Source: Candidatus Dojkabacteria bacterium
GTDB lineage: Bacteria; Patescibacteriota; Dojkabacteria; JAOAGR01
Length of the DNA stretch: 64,000 bases
Direction of reading: 5' to 3'
NCBI GenBank assembly: GCA_025999155.1
Contig: AP026679.1
Location: 602,561 to 666,560 of the forward strand
Shown: piece after piece, positions 50,167 to 60,227 of the stretch
How positions within the stretch are numbered: position 1 is the stretch's first letter
Layout: each line of letters begins with the position of its first letter
Made by a program: the position numbers and the translations under genes
Notes under the pieces: model-generated
Told to the model about the DNA's origin: nothing
The model's input: only the letters and a program-made list of their open reading frames with translations
Database searches by the model: none

Positions 50167-52074
50167 TTAGATGGCACAACGTTTGAATTTCTTGAGAAGT
50201 TCGTCTGTATTTATCTCTATCATAATGGGTCGTCCGTGTGGACAATTGTAGGGATCTTCACACTCCATTAATTGTTTTAGCAAGGAAATAATTTCTGGTT
50301 TTGTGATCTTATCTCCAAATCTTACAGCCGTATGACAAGCTAATTTTGCTGCTATATTATGATAGATTTTATGATCGAGATTAGTAGAGAGATCATGTTC
50401 TGTAAGTTCGTCAGCTATAGATATAAATACTTGTTTGAAATCATCCATTCTGATGCCATCTGGTACTTGTGTTATCTTTATTGATTTACTACCAAATGCT
50501 TCAAAGCTAAATCCAAACTCTGAAAAGGTCTCCGAATGTTTCAAAAGTTCTTGAATAGTAAATTCATCAAAATCTATAATTTCAGGGACTAGTAAAACTT
50601 TTGCACTTACGGTTCGAGATTTGAGTTGGTTCATATACCTTTCGTAAAAAATTCTCTCTGATGCTGCATGCATATCGATAATCAGTAGAGCTTTTTGATT
50701 CGCTGTAATAATGTAGGAATTTAGAAGTACTGTAGCATTATCTAAATCGCATAAAAATTTTTGTTCCTTATGGGATATGCCTTCAATTTCAAAAAGAGTT
50801 GGTCTTTCTGTGTCATCTCTCTTTTGTATTGCTGTTTTTTGGGATTTTGTGTGAGTGTGGTCAGTATTTGTAGTATTATCTCTATTATCGTCAGAGATTA
50901 TTTCTTTATTGAAATCTAATGCTTTTTTCGTAATCCAGTCAGAAATGTGATTTTTACGTCCGAATGATTGTTGTATATCACTGCGTAAAAAGTCTTCAAA
51001 CTCGGCTATAGGATCGGATGGTTTATCAATATTTGATTGTGAATTATTTGGTTTTGTATCAAGCTCTGAAATTTGTACAAAATTGCTTCTCGTCTTTTCG
51101 CGAATTGTACTTGTTAGCCGATGATTCACTGTAGAACGCACTGCTTTATAAACTTCACTAGCATTAATAAAGCGTACTTCAAGTTTACGAGGATGTATGT
51201 TGACATCAACTTCATTTGGTGGGACATCAACAAAGAGCACATAACCAGGAAATTGATTTTTCATCAAAAATGTATCGTATCCTTCTAAAACAGCTTTGCC
51301 TGCAATTGGATCATTCACTGGTCTAGAATTTACAAAAATGAATTGATTCGCCTTATTTCTAAATGTGATGCGAGGATGGATCAAAAAGCCGTAGACTTTG
51401 ACTCTCCCTTCACTTTGAATAGGAATAATGTTATCTACATCTATATCTAGGACTGCGCTAATTCTTTTGATATGGTCAGTTTTTAGAAAAGTTTTTAATT
51501 GACCATCTATATTGATTACAAAATCAACTTGTGGATTGCTTACAATAAATCGATACAGCACATCTTTTATGGCTTTGTTTTCTGTAGCTGGAGACTTGAG
51601 AAATTTACGGCGTACAACAATTTCACCAAATAGATCTTCAATAATAAAATTTGATCCGATAGTAATCGAACTTGGTTTAACCCTTAAATTTCGTCCAAAC
51701 TCAATAGAAATTTCAGAACCAATGGGATCGTCCTGATGATGTGTCTGTAATGTTACTTTCGCTACAGCTGCTATCGAAGCCAGAGCTTCGCCACGAAAGC
51801 CAAATGTTATTATGTTTTCTAGATCCGCAATAGTATTGATTTTTGAAGTAGAATGTTTTTGAAATAAGTGCTGAAAATCTCTTCGTGCAATACCAGTACC
51901 GTTATCTATGACCTGGATTTTTCCTATGCCATATTTTTCAATGTTCACGCGTATTTCAGTAGCTTTAGCATCAAGACTATTTTCGACTAATTCTTTTACT
52001 ACGGATGCAGGCCTTTCTACTACTTCCCCAGCTGCGATTTGATTGATGACTTCTTTCGGTAAGGGTTTGATCAT
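50167..52074 (-). CDS. mutL: DNA mismatch repair endonuclease MutL
   Basis: IAAGEVVERPASVVKELVENS, GFRGEALASI, DMHAASER, ACH, CPHGRP. Confidence 0.96.
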   Translation of the reverse strand: MIKPLPKEVINQIAAGEVVERPASVVKELVENSLDAKATEIRVNIEKYGIGKIQVIDNGTGIARRDFQHLFQKHSTSKINTIADLENIITFGFRGEALASIAAVAKVTLQTHHQDDPIGSEISIEFGRNLRVKPSSITIGSNFIIEDLFGEIVVRRKFLKSPATENKAIKDVLYRFIVSNPQVDFVINIDGQLKTFLKTDHIKRISAVLDIDVDNIIPIQSEGRVKVYGFLIHPRITFRNKANQFIFVNSRPVNDPIAGKAVLEGYDTFLMKNQFPGYVLFVDVPPNEVDVNIHPRKLEVRFINASEVYKAVRSTVNHRLTSTIREKTRSNFVQISELDTKPNNSQSNIDKPSDPIAEFEDFLRSDIQQSFGRKNHISDWITKKALDFNKEIISDDNRDNTTNTDHTHTKSQKTAIQKRDDTERPTLFEIEGISHKEQKFLCDLDNATVLLNSYIITANQKALLIIDMHAASERIFYERYMNQLKSRTVSAKVLLVPEIIDFDEFTIQELLKHSETFSEFGFSFEAFGSKSIKITQVPDGIRMDDFKQVFISIADELTEHDLSTNLDHKIYHNIAAKLACHTAVRFGDKITKPEIISLLKQLMECEDPYNCPHGRPIMIEINTDELLKKFKRCAI

Positions 52075-52114
52075 TATGAATACCAGAGGATTTTACGATA
52101 TATTCGTAAAAAGT

Positions 52115-52936
52115 TTAATTATTTGTTGCTAGGCGAATCAGATTTTTAATCAATCCATACACTGTCATCGGTCCGACTCCGCCAGGAACAGGTGTGATAT
52201 GTGCAACAATACGCGATACTGTCTCAAAATCTACATCACCGCATAGTGTATTATTTTGGTCACGATTTATTCCTATGTCTATTACTGTTTGGCCTTCCGT
52301 AAAAAATGATTGAGTGAGAAATCTAGGTTTGCCGACAGCGGATATGACAATATCAGCCTCACGTGTCAAGTTAGATAAATTTTTGGTATATGAATGGCAT
52401 ATAGTAATAGTTGCATTTTTTTGTAATAGTGCAAAAGCAAGAGGTTTGCTGACTAGATTACTACGACCAATAATCACAGCATGTTTTCCCGCCACATCAA
52501 TGTTGTAATAGGAAAGAAGGTCTACTACTCCTTGGGCTGTAGCTGGCATGAAGTCAGATTCCCCAGAATAAAAGCTTCCGAGATTTTGAGTATGTAAACA
52601 ATCTACATCTTTTGTAGGATCTATATGATTTATTATTTTTCTTGCGTGTTGTATCAATGTTTCTGGAAGAGGAAGTTGGATTATAATGCCTTTTATGTTT
52701 TGATCTTCATTGAGCTTTGTTATTTCTTCGAGTATTTTTTCTAAAGGGGTGTTTGCTGCAAGATTTATTAATCGAAAACCTAATCCTAGTTCATTTAATT
52801 TTTTGGCTTTAATACGTAAATATACTTGTGATGCGGGGTTATTACCGATTAATAAGGCAGCAAGCTGTAAATTATCGCCAAATTTTGGTAGTTTTGCATA
52901 TAAATCATTTGAAGCTGCTATTCCTGACAAAATCAT
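52115..52936 (-). CDS. folD: Methylenetetrahydrofolate dehydrogenase/cyclohydrolase
   Basis: GIIIQLPLP, KDVD, IGRS.LV.KP, ITPVPGGVGPMT. Confidence 0.95.
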   Translation of the reverse strand: MILSGIAASNDLYAKLPKFGDNLQLAALLIGNNPASQVYLRIKAKKLNELGLGFRLINLAANTPLEKILEEITKLNEDQNIKGIIIQLPLPETLIQHARKIINHIDPTKDVDCLHTQNLGSFYSGESDFMPATAQGVVDLLSYYNIDVAGKHAVIIGRSNLVSKPLAFALLQKNATITICHSYTKNLSNLTREADIVISAVGKPRFLTQSFFTEGQTVIDIGINRDQNNTLCGDVDFETVSRIVAHITPVPGGVGPMTVYGLIKNLIRLATNN

Positions 52937-52943
52937 GATATGT

Positions 52944-53147
52944 TTACCTACTAAATAGTGCCGAACTCCCTAAAAATAGTGAAATGACGGTAATTAATAC
53001 TACAAGAATCCACAATATTTTGAATGCTAGACTTGCAGTGTATTTCTTTAATTTATTTATTAGCCTTTTTAGCCAAAGATATAATCGCTTTTTGTCTGTT
53101 TTATGTATATGTATTAGTAATGACTTCATATATTTAAATTGTCGCAA
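52944..53147 (-). CDS. Small membrane protein
   Basis: Basic N-terminus plus one TM; co-oriented with neighbours. Confidence 0.4.
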   Translation of the reverse strand: MRQFKYMKSLLIHIHKTDKKRLYLWLKRLINKLKKYTASLAFKILWILVVLITVISLFLGSSALFSR

Positions 53148-53180
53148 AATTTTGAGAAATAAAGAGCTTCAAGTATTACA

Positions 53181-53861
53181 TTATTCACCACATGGATCAT
53201 TTCTATCGAAAGTAAGGTTAAAAACTATTGTATTTTGACAGATAAAGTTATATTCCTTACGTTCCGTATTTGCAACTCCAAATCCAAGCACCCCAACTAA
53301 GAAAAATACTAAGACAGGATAAGCGAACAAGAAACCAAACGTGGAGACGATTGATGCGACAAGACCTTTTACTGCTGTTTGTCTTTTATCTGTATTGTCT
53401 CCTGCCGTCATTATTAATACAGCAGCCTTTCCAATACTAAAGGCTAATACTAGGCCAACAATAGCGTATAGAATCATAACTATACGTACGATGATTTTTT
53501 GTAGAGTAGATGCGGAAGCACATGAGATGACCACTGGATTAATAGGATTACCTGCACTATCGAGTTGGTAACCGTAAACAACGGAACCGTTTACTCCTAC
53601 AGATACTTCAGGTCTCAGTGTAGGATTACCATAGCCATCTAAAGTTATATAAATGTTTTTTATGACATCGGGGCAGCCAGAGTTGTATATACGTCTAGCT
53701 ATTTCTTCAGCTTGGGGTGAGCTTCGATCTACCGGAGGACCATAGCTGTAGGCATATGCCGTGGAAATTTTACTTACTGTTGGAGTAATACCAAGACAAG
53801 CTAATATATTGAATATTACGAGCAGTAAGTATTTTGAATATTTACTTATATGAATTCTCAT
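53181..53861 (-). CDS. VirB2/TrbC-like pilin (CPR type)
   Basis: Signal peptide (AYA), TM-(MTAGDNTDKRQTAVKGLVASI)-TM, Cys pairs. Confidence 0.62.
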   Translation of the reverse strand: MRIHISKYSKYLLLVIFNILACLGITPTVSKISTAYAYSYGPPVDRSSPQAEEIARRIYNSGCPDVIKNIYITLDGYGNPTLRPEVSVGVNGSVVYGYQLDSAGNPINPVVISCASASTLQKIIVRIVMILYAIVGLVLAFSIGKAAVLIMTAGDNTDKRQTAVKGLVASIVSTFGFLFAYPVLVFFLVGVLGFGVANTERKEYNFICQNTIVFNLTFDRNDPCGE

Positions 53862-54082
53862 GATTGAATTTTTCTATATACTATATAATTTGATAATCTA
53901 ATTATTTCGAGTATAAAAAAGAAATGTATATAAAGCAATTCTAACATTAATTTCTCTCTTTAGTCATATGCAAGTTTTCTGTAATTTTCTTTACTTTTTT
54001 ATGGACATAACATTATATTTACAAAATTTGTACTAGGTACAAGATTTATTGTTATTTAAAATAAATTATTCTATAATAAACC

Positions 54083-55075
54083 ATGTGGTGTGCACATAAA
54101 AATCTCCTCTTTGTTTTTTCTTTTGTTTTTATGAGCGTACTTTTTGGTGGGGTTGATTTTTCGCGGGTTTATGCACAGTCATCATTCACCGTTAATCCAT
54201 GCAAACCAACTGGTACTCAATCCAATGATGTAGCCTGTCGCTGTAAAAAAAATCAGTGTAGATTATCCAGTATGAATGCAGATGTTCTATACGTCAATTC
54301 TTCCAATTTGAGCGCAGCTGATTTCGACCCGAATTTGATAGCTGATGGGACTGTCTCAGAAACGACAGCTCTTGTAGTATCTATGCCGGGTTACGTATGT
54401 ATTGACGGGGTAGAAAAGTTAGATGCAAATACTTTTAGACTCGGAGAAGAAGGTAATAATCAAGTTCTTTCTAACTTTACCATATCTAACGTGTATGAGA
54501 CTCTGGAAACAGGTTCTGCTTCTTTACGTGCCGATTTAGATCCTAAAAATTCAGTTTATGTGGATGTCTTTGCTGATGATGTCAATAGATCATCTATACC
54601 TAAAGGTTCATTTTGTAAGCTAGATCCACAGTCGGGTGTTGCATATTGGTATTATCCGGGTTATTTTTCTGTGATTGGATTGAATCCTTCTGGTAATTCT
54701 GAGATATTTGGGCCAGGAGGTTTATGTGAAAATGTACTGTTTTCCTCAAGAGATTTGTTTGGTCAGCAAATTACTGGAACTCAAACTTTTTTTGGTTGTT
54801 TGCCGAATTCGCCAAATGGGTTAGTTGCGTTTATAGTGAGGTTAATTACTGGGTTAGCAGTTATTATAACATTTTTGATTATCCTAATTAATTTGTTGCA
54901 AATTATCTCAAATTCAACAAATCCGGATATCGTAGCTCGGGCTCAAAAGAAGATGACGAGTGCAATTATTACCTTAGTTGTAATCTTGTTTACTATTACT
55001 ATATTGAATATAATCGGCATTCAGATTATTGGTCTGGATGCTGGGGGAATATTCGGTCTATTTACGGGAGGCTAA
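54083..55075 (+). CDS. Pilin-like protein with large Cys-rich N-terminal domain
   Basis: Signal peptide (VYA), Cys-rich extracellular region, FFGCLP then TM-(SNSTNPDIVARAQKKMTSAI)-TM. Confidence 0.6.
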   Translation: MWCAHKNLLFVFSFVFMSVLFGGVDFSRVYAQSSFTVNPCKPTGTQSNDVACRCKKNQCRLSSMNADVLYVNSSNLSAADFDPNLIADGTVSETTALVVSMPGYVCIDGVEKLDANTFRLGEEGNNQVLSNFTISNVYETLETGSASLRADLDPKNSVYVDVFADDVNRSSIPKGSFCKLDPQSGVAYWYYPGYFSVIGLNPSGNSEIFGPGGLCENVLFSSRDLFGQQITGTQTFFGCLPNSPNGLVAFIVRLITGLAVIITFLIILINLLQIISNSTNPDIVARAQKKMTSAIITLVVILFTITILNIIGIQIIGLDAGGIFGLFTGG

Positions 55076-55116
55076 GGGTTTTCATGTTGTGGTAACAGTT
55101 TATAAGTAAAGCATAT

Positions 55117-57558
55117 ATGATTTTGTTTGATATGAGATATTTTGTTAAAATGGCTTCTAATAAAGATAAAAATATATTGAATAAGTTAAAGAGGATTTTT
55201 TGTGCAGCATTGCCAAGTAGAGGAGATTTAGTACTTTTCGGTAAATCTCTAGTGTTTTTGTTTGCAATACTTCTTGGATTGTCATTATTTTCACACCTTG
55301 CATCACCTGTAAAGGCTTTTAACTGGCCATGGGTGGAAGAAAAGGAAGTAGATTCTGCACCTGATGCTTTTTTTCAGTATATGAATTTCCAGGTGGCTGG
55401 TTGTTTCGGGTTGTCACAAGCACGTGACATAAAATATTCTGCTTTTACCGAGAATTTAGGTGTTGGTAGGAAAGTTGCTGAATATTGCCGGCAATTATCG
55501 GGTCCAAATGCTGCTTCTTCAGATCAGAAAAGTGGAATGTATGATACGGGTTTAGGGTGGATACAAATAGATTACGGAGCTACTGGTAGATTGATAAATG
55601 CTACTGCATCGGTATACGGTACGCAAGCTGTTCAGCCTGGTATGACGGTAGAATACTATGCCAAAAGGATTAGGGGGGAAGTGCTTGCTGCTGACAATCC
55701 TATGAGTGGAAGAAGCGTGTTGGCTCCTATTCTAGTACTTAATCAGAATTTGGTTAATCTTGCATACGGTTTGGTGGTTGTTGTGCTGCTTGTTTCATCT
55801 TTGAACATTTTGCTTAGCTCATTGACTGGACAGGAGGAAAAGGTAACTATAGTCCAATTAGTGATGAACGCAGGGGTAACTCTTTTGATTATTACTTTTT
55901 ATTATGAGATAGCAGCTATAATCTATGATCTAACTGTGAATTATGGCAATGCCCTGGTTGCTTCAATGATGGCCCCCTTTATCAACTCAAAAGTCATATT
56001 AGAAAGACTCTCACCTGGAGGAGATTTAGCTGTTATAAATTTACTTAATGTATACCAGTTTGTTGGTGTATCTGATGCTTTGCTCGTAGTACTACAAAGT
56101 ATAATGTCTGGTTTGTATCCTGCAATCGCACAGTCAACATCAGCGATAGGCGCTTCTTTGGGTGGTAGAGGAACTATTGATTCTCCATTCAACATCTTTG
56201 CAGGAATCTTTCAGTTTGCAGGGGGGTTAGGAGCTACAGGAGCTAGTATCTTCATTTCATCTTTTTTAGGTAATGCCGAGATATTCCAAGCTATTATTTC
56301 ATGGACCATTTTTGGCATAAATATAAAAATATTTATTAATCTATTAACTTCTTTTGTTACATTTACTATTTATGTTGGTTTTGGACCTTTGATTGCATTA
56401 GGAGGTATAGATGGTGGGTTTGCAAGGATATCCGAATCATTTAAAAAATTATTTGCATTGGGACTTGTTTTTCCGATGACCTTCTTATTTATTCTCTTAG
56501 GAGCTACGGCACTTAATCTGTCAATCAGAGAAAAGCCTTACGATGCCTCACAAGATTCTGTCAAAGCTATACCGTTGTGTAAGTATTCCCCTAGTGATCC
56601 AGCGAATACTGAGAATTCCATAATAGATAATGCTGGTTTGACTCAGTGGCTGCAAGATAGCATTGGTGGTAATCCAGATGTAGAGGATCCTGCTCGCTTT
56701 CGAAATAAAAATTTTGTTAATCAGAACATATTCGATGTAGTGCCAAAAGGGTATATAGATGGACTGAGAGATTGTAGACCCTCTTTATTTCCTGTTCCTT
56801 GGACCTTTATCCCTGCACCTTTTGGGACAGTTGGACAAAGACAGCTTCAGATACAGACAATAGATTCTTTAGTAAGAACATTCTTGGCTTTAGTGTTTAT
56901 AATACTGGCAGCCAGAGTTCCAAGTATTGTAAATGAAGCTTTGGGGGTTAGGGAAATGAATTCTTTGTCTAATATTACTTCAGCATTTGGCGCAGGAGCC
57001 AAAGGTGCCTTCGGTGCTGGAGGTACTATTTTCGCTACGGGTTTAGGTATGCTGTCTGCTGCGACTTCTGCTGCGACTAGAGTACCTATTCCTTTAGCTG
57101 GTCATTTAAATTCGGCGCGGGGGCTTGGACAAAATAGCTATCTTCAAGCTGTAGGTGGAGTCCTAGGTAGAGTTGTGCAACGTCTAAACCCAAGTTCTGT
57201 CCAGGATATAATAGCCAACTATTCAAAAAGGCAAAGTACTCCTGCTGAGATGGTTAATCAGTTCAATAGTGTTCGAAATTCTTTCTTAGGTGCTACCCCT
57301 GGGGCAGCACCTGCTGGAGTACCTACTCCTGGTACACCTGCCGCCGCTGCGGCAGGTGCTATGGATCCTGCTTATGCATCTCTGATTGCAGCTGTCCAGT
57401 TAGGTACAGCTTTCAAAGACTTGTCACAACAGACTACCGCTTTAGGGACTGTATTTAGTACATTTGGTGGTTCTATCGTTGCATTAACAACACAAATCCA
57501 AGCGTTTGCTAAAGAATTACGAGGTTTCATTGCTACAATCTCTATTGATGACGTATAA
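55117..57558 (+). CDS. Polytopic membrane protein, VirB6/TrbL-like
   Basis: Multiple TMs (NLAY...V...L, LLIITF.Y.IA.IIYDL, GPL.AL), Gly/Ala-rich C-terminal region. Confidence 0.5.
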   Translation: MILFDMRYFVKMASNKDKNILNKLKRIFCAALPSRGDLVLFGKSLVFLFAILLGLSLFSHLASPVKAFNWPWVEEKEVDSAPDAFFQYMNFQVAGCFGLSQARDIKYSAFTENLGVGRKVAEYCRQLSGPNAASSDQKSGMYDTGLGWIQIDYGATGRLINATASVYGTQAVQPGMTVEYYAKRIRGEVLAADNPMSGRSVLAPILVLNQNLVNLAYGLVVVVLLVSSLNILLSSLTGQEEKVTIVQLVMNAGVTLLIITFYYEIAAIIYDLTVNYGNALVASMMAPFINSKVILERLSPGGDLAVINLLNVYQFVGVSDALLVVLQSIMSGLYPAIAQSTSAIGASLGGRGTIDSPFNIFAGIFQFAGGLGATGASIFISSFLGNAEIFQAIISWTIFGINIKIFINLLTSFVTFTIYVGFGPLIALGGIDGGFARISESFKKLFALGLVFPMTFLFILLGATALNLSIREKPYDASQDSVKAIPLCKYSPSDPANTENSIIDNAGLTQWLQDSIGGNPDVEDPARFRNKNFVNQNIFDVVPKGYIDGLRDCRPSLFPVPWTFIPAPFGTVGQRQLQIQTIDSLVRTFLALVFIILAARVPSIVNEALGVREMNSLSNITSAFGAGAKGAFGAGGTIFATGLGMLSAATSAATRVPIPLAGHLNSARGLGQNSYLQAVGGVLGRVVQRLNPSSVQDIIANYSKRQSTPAEMVNQFNSVRNSFLGATPGAAPAGVPTPGTPAAAAAGAMDPAYASLIAAVQLGTAFKDLSQQTTALGTVFSTFGGSIVALTTQIQAFAKELRGFIATISIDDV

Positions 57559-57566
57559 GATCTTCT

Positions 57567-60227
57567 ATGAATCCTGCTACAGGTGGCGAACAAAATGGTA
57601 ACCCGATAGGACCTGCACAGATTCCTGGCGGAGTATCGGGTTCGAATGTCGGTAGTCAGCCAAAAGGATGGAGTCCCTGGGTTAATTCAGGAGGACTAGC
57701 GGCTGGATCTGGACAAAAGAACTCACCACAGGATAATCCCCCCCAACAGAATACACCACAAAGCAACTTTACATCAGCAGTGTTACAGAAGTTGCAAGAA
57801 CAAAATGAGCTACTTGCAAACTCCGGCTCACCAAATACTGAGCGACCAGAGACTCATCTATTGAACAATTCTCTACAAGGATCTGGCTATCCATTCGGGT
57901 CAGGATGGGGACCCAATGACTCTGCACCAAAAGGATTAGGGGTTGATTCGTCGCAACCAAGAACAAGAGGGCGTCTAAGTCCAGAGGTCCCATCTAATAC
58001 ATTCGGCACTTCCATACGACAAGTTCCATCAGTTACCGGCCTAGGATTGCAACCAGCAGCAAGCTTGCAACTTCCAACTGTTCGTTCGGGAAATCCTCCA
58101 CAAGCTGAAGCAAATACTCAAGGCGGAGATACTAAGGATCCATACAACGTCGCATATCTGCAAAGATTAAATCTTGATGGACTTCGCGGCGGAGGATCGG
58201 CTGAGTCAAGATTTAAACGTTTTGCTTCTGCAGCTAATCTTGGTGAAAAACCACCACCTATACTAAGATCATCACAGATCACCTTAGAACAAGGACAACA
58301 GCCATCTGATACACATACAACTAATTCAAATGTTTCGAGTGTGGGGGCGTTCGGTTCTGAATCAGTTGAAGCAACAGTTAATGCTGGGTCTCTTGCGGAT
58401 TCTATTGATACTAAATCTGAAGGAGATGTTGAGAAGCGTAGAAGTGCAGGATCAGCAAGAGGGAGACAGGTAGCAAGAAGAAAAAGATCAGCAGCAAGCA
58501 GAGTGGGAGTAGCAAATACGGTATATATGCCATCACTTAGTCCACACGGTGGTACAACATTGGGGGGGCAAGGAGTTGATACACCTACTGTAACGAGTTC
58601 AGAAATTCAGGGTACAGGTAGGCAACGTTCTTCTCTCCTTGTCCAGGGTGGAGAAGCAAGAGCTGGGTACGGGCCTATGTCAGACGTTTGGGAAGAGCCC
58701 ATATCTGAGGCTTGGAAACAGCCCGAGTCGGACGCTTGGCAACAGGGAGATCCTAAAACTGTTGCAGGACAGTCTCCTTCGGATGCTCCTTCCCGGGATG
58801 TAGATGTACAGCAACTTAAGACTCAAATCGATGGTGCGCAACAAATTGGACAACGGACACGATCAACAGCCTCCAATCTAGGTCAAGGTCTTGCCTCTAC
58901 AGGAAATAAAGCATCCCGAGCTCTTAAAACCGCAGCGACAGCTAGTAGGACAGCGCTTGTTGCAGGTAGGGCAGCGGTCTCCGCCATCGGAGCTGCACTA
59001 GCAACTCCTCAGGGTTGGTTCATTTTACTAGTGATTATTGTGTTGATACTTATAATAATAATTATTATAGTAGTGATCATACAGAGCTCTCAATCGAATT
59101 CAATTGCTGCAACTAATGAGGTAGCTCGCGAAACTGTACAAGCAACTATCAGTTCTGCTGCTTTTTCTGTTCTTGGCCCCAGTATCGGGCGTAATATACA
59201 GGTCCCCTTGGTTGCTAATTCTGATGGTGTAGAGAAAGACTCGAGTGATGCTGTCAGAAAAATATATGTTAGAGCTTTCCATCAATTAAGCGCTGATTCT
59301 AAAATTCAAGATTATAAGCTGACTTTACGAGTTAGTTTTCCTAACTCCTTAAATTTGTTAACACCGGAAGGGAAAGTTCTCGACAGAAACTCAAGTATCA
59401 TGACATTTAATGTTATAGGTGTGAGTAGTTTTGCTGTGATTGGCACAGATGCTGTGCGATGGGAATGTTCAAATGCTTGTAAAAGTACTGATATCGAAAT
59501 TATATTTACGAGTCCTATCGATCTTGCTAGCAGTGGCGGGCAAATATTACTGACTCTGGTTGCTTCAGATTTAAAGGATCAGCAAGGGGTTGTACTGCCA
59601 ACTACACAGATACGGGAGCTATGCTATGATGTTACTAATGTAGCAGGGTGTACGACAGCTACCCGATATGGTTCGGGTTCTGTAAGTGGAGGGGTATCAG
59701 GCCAACAGAATACCGGTTACACATCTGATGGTGTGTTACAGGTATGTCCTATGGATGTGAAAATCAATACTGGTGGCATAATATGTACTTCTGGAATGAA
59801 AGATAAAAGAGGCAATAAAGATCATAATGCAGTTGATATCGCTAGTGCTGATAATCAAGGGTTTTTGACGCAAGATGTAGTATCCCCAGTGACAGGTATA
59901 ATTGTGGCTATGTCTGATCCAAAATCAGAATTGCGTATAGGAGGAAGATGGTATCAGATTCAGGACGCTCAAAGGCCAGAATATACTTATGTAATTGCTC
60001 ATTTACAGCCTAATACAGAACCACAAGGTAGAGCATTTAATAAGGGAACAAGAATACAAGCAGGACAAATATTAGGAAAACCTTTTTATGCTACATCCGG
60101 ATATGACCGCCAATATTGGTCTGGACCTCATGTACACTTCCAGGTTCGACGAAATGGACAGGCCATCGATCCTGCTCCAGCCATAAGAGAAAAATGTGGT
60201 TGGCAGAATTTCAGATGTCCTAATTAA
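57567..60227 (+). CDS. Single-TM protein with long disordered N-terminus and C-terminal M23 peptidase
   Basis: ATPQGW plus Ile-rich TM; HNAVD, YVIAHL, GPHVHF in canonical order. Confidence 0.8.
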   Translation: MNPATGGEQNGNPIGPAQIPGGVSGSNVGSQPKGWSPWVNSGGLAAGSGQKNSPQDNPPQQNTPQSNFTSAVLQKLQEQNELLANSGSPNTERPETHLLNNSLQGSGYPFGSGWGPNDSAPKGLGVDSSQPRTRGRLSPEVPSNTFGTSIRQVPSVTGLGLQPAASLQLPTVRSGNPPQAEANTQGGDTKDPYNVAYLQRLNLDGLRGGGSAESRFKRFASAANLGEKPPPILRSSQITLEQGQQPSDTHTTNSNVSSVGAFGSESVEATVNAGSLADSIDTKSEGDVEKRRSAGSARGRQVARRKRSAASRVGVANTVYMPSLSPHGGTTLGGQGVDTPTVTSSEIQGTGRQRSSLLVQGGEARAGYGPMSDVWEEPISEAWKQPESDAWQQGDPKTVAGQSPSDAPSRDVDVQQLKTQIDGAQQIGQRTRSTASNLGQGLASTGNKASRALKTAATASRTALVAGRAAVSAIGAALATPQGWFILLVIIVLILIIIIIIVVIIQSSQSNSIAATNEVARETVQATISSAAFSVLGPSIGRNIQVPLVANSDGVEKDSSDAVRKIYVRAFHQLSADSKIQDYKLTLRVSFPNSLNLLTPEGKVLDRNSSIMTFNVIGVSSFAVIGTDAVRWECSNACKSTDIEIIFTSPIDLASSGGQILLTLVASDLKDQQGVVLPTTQIRELCYDVTNVAGCTTATRYGSGSVSGGVSGQQNTGYTSDGVLQVCPMDVKINTGGIICTSGMKDKRGNKDHNAVDIASADNQGFLTQDVVSPVTGIIVAMSDPKSELRIGGRWYQIQDAQRPEYTYVIAHLQPNTEPQGRAFNKGTRIQAGQILGKPFYATSGYDRQYWSGPHVHFQVRRNGQAIDPAPAIREKCGWQNFRCPN
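58680..58745 (+). repeat. Degenerate 24-bp coding tandem repeat, about three copies
   Basis: Encodes SDVWEEPI / SEAWKQPE / SDAWQQ. Confidence 0.6.

Noticed and set aside
59020-59085. ATA/ATT-rich microsatellite-like stretch
   Set aside because: Simply encodes the Ile-rich transmembrane helix of the M23 protein
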